Virus record (IMG/VR): IMGVR_UViG_3300017911_001697
Location: 1-64,000 of that record
DNA: 64,000 bases
Direction: 5' to 3' (one strand)
Origin: a virus
Taxonomy: Duplodnaviria; Caudoviricetes
The notes under the pieces were generated by a model. It searched no databases. It was not told the DNA's origin and saw only the letters and a program-made list of their open reading frames with translations. Below, one piece after another: positions 28,981 through 36,574 of the stretch; position 1 is the first letter of the stretch, and every line of letters starts with the position of its first letter. The position numbers were made by a program, and so were the translations under genes.

Positions 28981-31900
28981 TTACCTATCAGCTCTTAACG
29001 TTTGAGAACTAATCTTCTCAACTATTTCTATGTCACTAACTTTTGCAGTATTTAAAAACAGCTCATACGGTTCTGCTTTGATTTGAAATAAATCGCCAAA
29101 GCTGCCGCCGCTGTTTTTTGGTATAATAACAATACTGCCAATATTACTACCTAAGCGTTGATGTATATAACTGCTTAATTCTGTAAAATAAAATGTTTCG
29201 CCAAATTCCCAATTTTCAAGTGCAAAGAAACTGTTGAATGCAGTAATAACTTTACTCTTAATTTCATTGTCGGTCATTGTGGTGCTTGGTAATTTTACAA
29301 TTCTAAATTTAGCCTGATTCTCTGGATCAGCATCTGCACCAAAGAGCAACTTAAATTGTGCACTCTTAAATATCAACGAATCGCTTACACTTTTAAATTC
29401 GTTTAACTTTTTAAATTCTGTTGCTAACTTTGCTGGAGTAGGTGCTAAAGGAAACTCAGTTCCTGGAACATTCTTATACTTTAATACACTATCATAATAA
29501 TCATTTGTTAACACCAACATTTCAACAATGTTGCTAATACTAGGATCTATTCTCACATCTTTTGGAGCAACATGCTTCCACTTAAACACAATATCATCTT
29601 GTTCTATGAGTGCTGTGTTTTGTCCTGATGCTCTGCCATTTTTAACTATATAATCTGTGGTTTCTACTGCTGTTGCAGCCGTGTCTGCACTGTTTGGGGT
29701 CATTTGATAAATTTTGCCAGCAGTATTATCATACACAACTAATCCATTAACATTGTCTATGCCGGCTGCGGATGTTACTGCGCCGCCTAATTGTGAAAGA
29801 TTTTTAACTATCAATATATCTGTTGTACTAATAGCGGTAGTGTCAGGCAAGCCTCCGGGCTTCATAGTGTCTGCTGCATAATCAAAACTTATACTGTCTT
29901 CGTTTCTGAAATCTGCAATATTGCCTGACATAGGTCTATTGTATGTATACCCATCAAAATCAGTGTAATTTTCAAAGAAAATCAAATCATTTTCGTCAAC
30001 AAACTCTCTAAACTGTAGAGGTCTATCAGGCACTAAGTCGCCGTCAACATCTATAGGCGACACTACAACTTTTCTGTTATCAGTGTAACCGTCTGGATAT
30101 TTTACTGGAGCAACAATATTCCAATCAATTTGCTGATCCAATTGATCTTTTGAGTTTTTGTATTTTACCACAATCTTGTCTTGTGTTGCTTGCCCTGAGC
30201 CGTCAAACGCAAAAGTGTAACGATTGTTAAACATGTTTGTGATAATCAAATTACCTGTTTGTGCTGATAAGTTTGCATTTGCTAACAGTATGCGTCCACT
30301 GTCTCCACTGATAACACCTGTTGTTCCTGAGGTAGTTGCTTCAAAGTTTTCAAACAAATTTGTACTAAAGTTATAATCTTTGTAGTAAACATTACCTTGT
30401 GCATCTAATATGTTATAGCCAAACGTTGTGTTAGTGAATGGTATCGTAATGTTTGCTGGCAACGATGTAATTCTACCTGAATTGTTTGCAATGGTCACAT
30501 TGTTTGTGCTGGTTGTGCCTTGTGTGCCGTCTGCAAAATATGTGTTAAGAGACACTGTTGCACTGTTAACAAACAAATTTGATGATGTACTACCATTACG
30601 ATATATACCTGCACTGGTCACATAATCAACGTCTACATCATACCATTTTAAGTTTCTTGTTCTCAATGATATGCCCGGATCGTAAGAGTTAGGTGTATAC
30701 TTTTCTCCTGTGTCACCACTGATCCACACTTGACCAAACACATTGCCATTCAGATCCCAATTAAACGTTTCTGAGCTGCCAGGCTTATAATTAAGTGTTG
30801 TGAACGAAATTAAATCTCTGCTGGATTGATTATCGCTATCAGCAACTTTAACATTATTGATGTTGTAGAATTTTAAATCTGCACGGCTTTGAACAACGTA
30901 TTGTTGTCCTCTAGTTGTAACAATATATTTGTAATTGTTAGAATCTATAGCAGTGTATGTGAATAGCAACAACCAACTAGCATCAATGCCTGTGCCTGAA
31001 CTGTTTTTTGCATTGTCAGGAGACCACTTGCCTTTCTTGTCAATGTCAGCATTGAGTATTACATACCATCTGTTAAGTGCTGGATCAAAACCTAGTGCAA
31101 ATGTTCTTTTGTTCTTCATCTCATTCTGAACTGCAACTTTCTCAGATGTGTTAATAACTTTACGCATTGTTGCAATGTACTCTTCTGCTCGCCAGCCGTC
31201 CTGAACAGGAGCCGCTAACTTAAATGGCCCAGTTGAAGTACTAAGTCCACTGCTAAGTAATCCGTTGTTTGCAACACTTACAATTCTTGTCCATTTATAC
31301 TTAGAAGGTGTGTTTGTGTCAACAAACTTTATAAAATTATTTTCTGCAAATTCTTCAAACCCAAAACCAAACGAAGTGTCAAGCACCGATGAGTTGCCAG
31401 GATCTGATGTTGTTTCTAAAAAGTATCCGGTTTGATTTGTACCTGTCACAACAGGCAAAGTCTTCCACACAGCATTTTTTGTTTTGATATTAAATTTATC
31501 AATGTCTGTATCTGACCAACTTTCTCTGAACTGTTCATAAACAAAATTGTTCAGTTGTCTGTTTTTCAATATCAATGGTATATCGTATTCTACTGCTTCA
31601 ACTACAGTGTTGTTTTCAGTAATAGAAATACTTTCTGTTTGTGGAGTATCTTCTATAAACAACGAACCGTCAGATGCAAATGTTTCTAAATTTTGATATG
31701 TACCTGTAGGATCATTGATATCGATATATCTGCTGTGGCCAGCATGTGTTTTGTTAATTGCTTTTAATTTTAACAAATTGCTAGTTTGACTAAACGGAAA
31801 AATATTATAGTCTTGTGCACTCACCATTCTGTTTTGTGTATAATACACTTGCGGTGCACGTTGTTTGATCGCTGTTAGTGTTTCAGGCGGCAAACTATTG

Positions 31901-33117
31901 CTTACACTTTCCTGTAAACTAAATGTTAATGTTAAATTAAAGGTTGTTCCTTGTACATTTGTGTAAGGGATGGTGACTTTAACATTTCTAGCATCTTCTG
32001 GTGACAGCACAAAATTTTCTGGATCACTAACTCTGAAGTATGTTCTAAAACGACCAAAAGGAATGTCACCAAAGTTTCCATCAGGAAATCTTAATTTAAT
32101 ACCAGCATTGTTTAAATTTTCTACAGCATACAATGTTCTTGTATCAAGTGCCAAATCGTTATAGTTTAACGTTTGTCCTACGGTGTTAGGTATTTGCTTC
32201 CACTTTTGTATAGTTGAACCATTTGTGTTTATTTCTTGTACATACACATCTGTTTCATTGATATTTAAAACATTGATTTCTTGTGTTCTGCTGGTTAGTG
32301 GAGTATCATAATTAAAATCTTGGCTTTGCAATACACCTTGCTTGAACATAACAAAGAAGCCAGAATTAATACTGCTGATGCCGTTGCCATCATTTCTATA
32401 AATTAAATTAAAGTTGTTGATTCTATCTGGGTGTCTTTCGTAAAAAGCGCCGCCGTCTTCAAAATCAGGATTAACAATTTGGAATGCTCTGTCTGTACCA
32501 CTTACTGATAAATTAAAGTCATATGCAACAGGTGCTGTTACAGGAGTATTAATTTCATACAAGTCTGTTGCTATGTTTCTTACTTTACCTGATTTTGCAG
32601 GGGTGCTAAATCTGTTGTTGCCTCCCATTGCGGCATTCAGTATTGTGACAAACTGCTCAAAACTGTCTGGGTTATTTGCATCGTCCCAGAACACATTGAT
32701 GTTGTTTAAATCATTTCCCAGACTGTCTTGTAGAGGCTCTGATGTTCTGACTGCTACTAGTTTCATTAAACCACTAGCAGGTAAATTTCTACGTGGATTG
32801 TATCCTAACTGTCTTGCTAGTTTAAACACACTGTCACGTCTCTCAGCAGTTTCCAAAAAGTTTTCTCTGCTGTTCAAGTCCATTCTAAATGCAAGACTCT
32901 GACTGAGGTAGGACAGTAATTCTATGATTGCAATAAATTCAGAACTTTCAGTGTAATCATTAAAACTTTCTGGGTAGTTTACACGCACATACTCTACTAA
33001 TGCTGCTCTGATAGTATCAAAGTCATATGCTTGGAAATTCACTTCGCTGAATGCTTTATATGCTACCTTCCAATCTTCAGCGGCAAATAAGTTATTTTGT
33101 CTGTTTACTAATGCCAT
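28981..33117 (-). CDS. baseplate wedge protein, T4 gp6-like
   Basis: F.AYDFDTIRAALVEY, DYTESSEFIAIIELL, ENFLETAERRDSV..LA..LGYNP, FPDGNFGDIP, IKQRAPQVYYTQNRMVSAQDY. Confidence 0.85.
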   Translation of the reverse strand: MALVNRQNNLFAAEDWKVAYKAFSEVNFQAYDFDTIRAALVEYVRVNYPESFNDYTESSEFIAIIELLSYLSQSLAFRMDLNSRENFLETAERRDSVFKLARQLGYNPRRNLPASGLMKLVAVRTSEPLQDSLGNDLNNINVFWDDANNPDSFEQFVTILNAAMGGNNRFSTPAKSGKVRNIATDLYEINTPVTAPVAYDFNLSVSGTDRAFQIVNPDFEDGGAFYERHPDRINNFNLIYRNDGNGISSINSGFFVMFKQGVLQSQDFNYDTPLTSRTQEINVLNINETDVYVQEINTNGSTIQKWKQIPNTVGQTLNYNDLALDTRTLYAVENLNNAGIKLRFPDGNFGDIPFGRFRTYFRVSDPENFVLSPEDARNVKVTIPYTNVQGTTFNLTLTFSLQESVSNSLPPETLTAIKQRAPQVYYTQNRMVSAQDYNIFPFSQTSNLLKLKAINKTHAGHSRYIDINDPTGTYQNLETFASDGSLFIEDTPQTESISITENNTVVEAVEYDIPLILKNRQLNNFVYEQFRESWSDTDIDKFNIKTKNAVWKTLPVVTGTNQTGYFLETTSDPGNSSVLDTSFGFGFEEFAENNFIKFVDTNTPSKYKWTRIVSVANNGLLSSGLSTSTGPFKLAAPVQDGWRAEEYIATMRKVINTSEKVAVQNEMKNKRTFALGFDPALNRWYVILNADIDKKGKWSPDNAKNSSGTGIDASWLLLFTYTAIDSNNYKYIVTTRGQQYVVQSRADLKFYNINNVKVADSDNQSSRDLISFTTLNYKPGSSETFNWDLNGNVFGQVWISGDTGEKYTPNSYDPGISLRTRNLKWYDVDVDYVTSAGIYRNGSTSSNLFVNSATVSLNTYFADGTQGTTSTNNVTIANNSGRITSLPANITIPFTNTTFGYNILDAQGNVYYKDYNFSTNLFENFEATTSGTTGVISGDSGRILLANANLSAQTGNLIITNMFNNRYTFAFDGSGQATQDKIVVKYKNSKDQLDQQIDWNIVAPVKYPDGYTDNRKVVVSPIDVDGDLVPDRPLQFREFVDENDLIFFENYTDFDGYTYNRPMSGNIADFRNEDSISFDYAADTMKPGGLPDTTAISTTDILIVKNLSQLGGAVTSAAGIDNVNGLVVYDNTAGKIYQMTPNSADTAATAVETTDYIVKNGRASGQNTALIEQDDIVFKWKHVAPKDVRIDPSISNIVEMLVLTNDYYDSVLKYKNVPGTEFPLAPTPAKLATEFKKLNEFKSVSDSLIFKSAQFKLLFGADADPENQAKFRIVKLPSTTMTDNEIKSKVITAFNSFFALENWEFGETFYFTELSSYIHQRLGSNIGSIVIIPKNSGGSFGDLFQIKAEPYELFLNTAKVSDIEIVEKISSQTLRADR

Positions 33118-33120
33118 CTA

Positions 33121-33489
33121 TTATACCTGCTCTTCTCGAGTGAATTCCAAATACAGCGTATCTTTGCTGTTGAGAATTACATAATTTAATTCTACCTCTG
33201 CTCTCACAGAATGATCTTGTGCATACACATCAATGTTGATTAATTCTACACGTTGCTCTTTTGCAATTATTCGTTCTATGTCTTGCTTAATTTCCTCAGT
33301 GGTAAACGTGTCCTCTGGGTTCATCAGCAGGTCCCAAATAATACTGCCAAAACTAGGTCTCATTAATCGCTCACCTTTTCGAGTATAAAACTCATTCAGT
33401 AAGTCACGTTTTACTAACTCTACATCTGTGAGTGTAAAAGGTGCCTTAACCTTGTCAACAGTGCTGAAACCTTTGAATAACGTTGCCAT
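33121..33489 (-). CDS. baseplate wedge subunit gp25/GPW-like
   Basis: FKGFST, LTDVELVKRDLLNEFYTRKGERLMRPSFGSIIWDLL; likely start ATG at 33489 (MATLF). Confidence 0.9.
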   Translation of the reverse strand: MATLFKGFSTVDKVKAPFTLTDVELVKRDLLNEFYTRKGERLMRPSFGSIIWDLLMNPEDTFTTEEIKQDIERIIAKEQRVELINIDVYAQDHSVRAEVELNYVILNSKDTLYLEFTREEQV

Positions 33490-33494
33490 ACACA

Positions 33495-33502
33495 TATTTA
33501 TC
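33495..33502 (-). promoter_or_regulatory. late promoter GATAAATA, 5 nt before the gp25 ATG
   Basis: Recurrent motif; no SD. Confidence 0.6.
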
Positions 33503-33541
33503 CAAATCATAAACAATAGTTTTAATACTTGAATAAAAAGG

Positions 33542-33569
33542 TTGACAACAAAAATAGTGTGTGTATAAT
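33542..33569 (+). promoter_or_regulatory. sigma70-type promoter TTGACA-N16-TATAAT
   Basis: Perfect -35 and -10 hexamers with AT-rich upstream sequence. Confidence 0.8.
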
Positions 33570-33647
33570 AGACGATAATGCAGTAACGGTGCTGCAGAAA
33601 CAGGCAGAGATGCCACTAAATTCACCCTTAAGTTAGGATAAACAGTG

Positions 33648-33902
33648 ATGTTTAAATTAACACGTGAGTTTGAGGCCATTTGGGAAAAGGCGCAGGCAGT
33701 TAATGCAAAATCTTCAGAACAGCGGTTCTACAAGATTTTTCAGCAAACTAAGCGTTTTGTCACAGTTGGCTTGTACGATTCAGTTACCAAGAAGTATGAG
33801 CTGTTTGACACAGTTAACTTTGCGGGTAACTATCGATACGATAAGACTCAAAAGCCGCAAGAGCTTGAAACCATGGAAAAAATGGTGAAACAAGCCGGCT
33901 AA
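33648..33902 (+). CDS. hypothetical protein (84 aa), likely early-expressed
   Basis: Own sigma70 promoter and downstream terminator; antisense to the tail operon. Confidence 0.7.
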   Translation: MFKLTREFEAIWEKAQAVNAKSSEQRFYKIFQQTKRFVTVGLYDSVTKKYELFDTVNFAGNYRYDKTQKPQELETMEKMVKQAG

Positions 33903-33906
33903 GACT

Positions 33907-33941
33907 AAATATGTGTGTAGGAAACTACACACATATTTTTT
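33907..33941 (+). terminator. intrinsic terminator with a late-promoter-like CTAAATA overlapping its 5' arm
   Basis: AAATATGTGTGTAG-GAAA-CTACACACATATTT perfect 14-bp stem with T run. Confidence 0.75.
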
Positions 33942-33955
33942 ACACTGGAGAGGTA

Positions 33956-34147
33956 ATGACCAATAAGTCATTGAATAACACCTTAGAAGAAGAATTAAGA
34001 ATAATGGTCTGTGATCAATTATCTACTATCAATGCACTCAAGTCAGAAATTGAATTACTTAAGAACACAATCAAAGATGAGCAAGATGCAAAATATCGTG
34101 CTTATGTGAGAATTTCTGATTTACAGAGACAAGCCACCAGTAAGTAG
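33956..34147 (+). CDS. small coiled-coil protein (63 aa)
   Basis: SD GGAGAGG then ATG at 33956; heptad LKSEIELLKNTIKDEQ. Confidence 0.65.
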   Translation: MTNKSLNNTLEEELRIMVCDQLSTINALKSEIELLKNTIKDEQDAKYRAYVRISDLQRQATSK

Positions 34148-35569
34148 TAGATTGTTTCTTTGGGAGTACAGCCATTTTGCCTGTTCTTCAAATGTTACCC
34201 TAGAAAGGAATGAAGGGAGTTTGATGATGTCTGGAGTTTGGAAAAGTTCTCCTTCGTATTGTCTACGCTGATAATGTGCCATCTGAAAAGTTGGTACGCC
34301 GCCTTGCATTAGAGAAGAATGTGCTGTTAACAAAAATGGCACTATTGCAAAGTTTCCGCTATTCACTGCCCCCAACACTTTGCTTTTTGCAAAGTTTTCT
34401 ACACCAATGTGATTTGCTAAACTTATCATTGCTAAGTATTGATTATCGCTCAACGATCTAGTAATCAACTGTTTGACAGTACCTTCTGTGTTTCTTAAAT
34501 TTGCTTGTGTAAGCATAGCGTTGCCTACATTACCTAGCCCAGTATCAAATGTGACTACTTTGTTACCGTTCGCTCCAACGTAAATTGTTTCTTGTCCAAA
34601 CTGTTGTGTTTGTATGCCTTGTGCTAACAGTGCTTCTGCTTGCTGTTGTGGATCAGGATATTGTGTTCTTGCTGCACTGATCCTGTTACTCATGCTACGA
34701 AGCTCACCTTTTGAGAGATCTGCTGGCATACCCTTAACATCAAATGCTAACTGTTTGGCATTATTTTGTATATTAGTAATTGTTCCATTCATTCCCAACT
34801 TCATAGCCCCCTGGGGACTCATTGTTGGTTGTCTCACCGTAGGTATACTGCTGTTTAAACTAGCATTGAGCTGACTTATCAATTGATCGGTGTTTTGCTT
34901 ATTTTTAGCAATGGTAAAATTGTTTGTAAACTGACTAGGATTGGTATACACAGGATTACCGTTCTCATCATAAGAACCTTGTGCTAACCCATCAGGCGTG
35001 TTCACGTCTGCAGGACTATTTGATAAACCATTACTGTTTGGATTTAAACCTTGAGATACACTTTCGTCTGGTACCATGCTGTCTTGATCATCATTAACTG
35101 GGTTAGGAATACCGTGTCCTGCAAAAGGCTCTGCTGTGACTAGTACGCCTACAATGGATTGCATTTCGGCACCGCTACCGGAACGTATTCCTCCACTGGT
35201 AACCGGAGACTCAGCTGCCCTGTCATATGTTGGTGCGTCTTTGGGCTGATCAAATTTTTGGTTTGTTGCAGTAGGTGTAGCAACCAATGCTTCTGCAGGA
35301 TCACGTGCATCAGGTCCTCCACTGTTTAACAATATTTGACTGCCTTTTGCAACAAAATTTGCGCCAGTTGTTAACACAATTGCACTGCTTGCTTTTGTTG
35401 AGAATCCAGCACCTGCTGCCTGCTCAATGTCAGAAGCTGCTTTGAGACTGTATTTATTACCTGTGGTTACACCAATTTGTCCTGCGGCGTTAATATGATG
35501 CTCGCCTTGCATTGATGTTTGGAAAGTGTTAAATTCTGCTTGCAAGTGCATCTCTGCTAATGCTTGCAT
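34121..35569 (-). CDS. C-terminal part of the gp5-like baseplate spike (beta-helix end + degenerate GH24 lysozyme-like domain)
   Basis: Continues the beta-helix repeats ending GSQILLNSG; LSDNQYLAMISLANHIGVENFAKSKVL...RRQYEGELF; same frame as 35606-36574. Confidence 0.7.
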   Translation of the reverse strand: MQALAEMHLQAEFNTFQTSMQGEHHINAAGQIGVTTGNKYSLKAASDIEQAAGAGFSTKASSAIVLTTGANFVAKGSQILLNSGGPDARDPAEALVATPTATNQKFDQPKDAPTYDRAAESPVTSGGIRSGSGAEMQSIVGVLVTAEPFAGHGIPNPVNDDQDSMVPDESVSQGLNPNSNGLSNSPADVNTPDGLAQGSYDENGNPVYTNPSQFTNNFTIAKNKQNTDQLISQLNASLNSSIPTVRQPTMSPQGAMKLGMNGTITNIQNNAKQLAFDVKGMPADLSKGELRSMSNRISAARTQYPDPQQQAEALLAQGIQTQQFGQETIYVGANGNKVVTFDTGLGNVGNAMLTQANLRNTEGTVKQLITRSLSDNQYLAMISLANHIGVENFAKSKVLGAVNSGNFAIVPFLLTAHSSLMQGGVPTFQMAHYQRRQYEGELFQTPDIIKLPSFLSRVTFEEQAKWLYSQRNNLLLTGGLSL

Positions 35570-35605
35570 TCTTATATTTCCGCCAGCACCTGAACCATCT
35601 CCTAG

Positions 35606-36574
35606 CTACTGTTCACCATCAAAATCTTTTGCAGCTTTGATGTTTATGTCTTGTCCGGCTTCTAGATTAATATTTTGATCTGCTCTTAGATTAAAATTTT
35701 TCTTTGCTCGTAAATTAATATCACCTTCGCCGTACAAGAAAACATCACCAGTCTGCGAAAACTCCATCCATACTGTGCCATCGCGATTGATCATGTATAT
35801 CATGCCTGACGTATCGTCTAAGAGTAGTTGACTGCCTTGTGCAGAACGTATTCTTATTTGTCTCGAACCTAAGTTGTCATCTAATGTTATACTGTGGCCG
35901 CCTAATCTATAATTAAAATTATCTGGGTCGCGTGGACCTGGCGTGAGTAAACCAAATACTTCGCTAGGCGACTCACGACGTGCTGTTGCTTTGCCTGCCC
36001 CTCTAATAGGGTCACGTGCTAGTCCTTGTCTCACAATACCTTCTGACAAAGTGTGCTGTATAGGTCTGAAGGTATCGTTGTGATTAATATCTTCTGTGCG
36101 TTTATTTTTTTCAACTACAGGAAGCTCTATGTTTGGAGACTGATAACTCTTATTGCCTGCTTGGCCAGGAATCATAAAATTAAATTTGTCGCCAAACAAG
36201 CAACTTATAACCAGAGGATATTTGGTATTACCGTCGCCAAATGCAACCAAAACCAAGTTACCGTTATCTGGCACTGTTGCCCAAAAGCCGTAACTGCTCA
36301 TAGATTGTTCTGGTAGATTTATATCTGTACCGACTGCTCTAGGATCGGTGGTGCCTGCAAAAGGGCTTGTCCATATTGCATCAAAGTATCCTGCAGTGGA
36401 GTTTTTGTCTTTGCTGATTGCTGGAATAAAAACTCTGCAACGGCCTGTTCTACTGATATCTTTTGTGGAAACTACTTCGGCAAGATATATACCAAAAACT
36501 GCATCTTTGCCTGTGTTCAGTTTTTGAGTAGGATTCTTTTTACTCGACTTGTTGTAGTTTGCATTAATAGACAT
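35606..36574 (-). CDS. N-terminal part of the gp5/VgrG-like baseplate hub-spike (OB fold + start of beta-helix)
   Basis: GRCRVFIP, SPFAG, SYGFWATVPDNGNLVLVAF, GHSITLDD, IRIRSAQGSQLLLDD; ends at TAG 35606-35608. Confidence 0.8.
   Translation of the reverse strand: MSINANYNKSSKKNPTQKLNTGKDAVFGIYLAEVVSTKDISRTGRCRVFIPAISKDKNSTAGYFDAIWTSPFAGTTDPRAVGTDINLPEQSMSSYGFWATVPDNGNLVLVAFGDGNTKYPLVISCLFGDKFNFMIPGQAGNKSYQSPNIELPVVEKNKRTEDINHNDTFRPIQHTLSEGIVRQGLARDPIRGAGKATARRESPSEVFGLLTPGPRDPDNFNYRLGGHSITLDDNLGSRQIRIRSAQGSQLLLDDTSGMIYMINRDGTVWMEFSQTGDVFLYGEGDINLRAKKNFNLRADQNINLEAGQDINIKAAKDFDGEQ

Noticed and set aside
11993-33000. Many plus-strand ORFs of 60-156 aa opposite the giant and gp6-like genes (also opposite the tape measure, capsid and fibre genes)
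   Set aside because: Antisense shadows of long coding regions; S/L/P-rich composition and no RBS or motifs.
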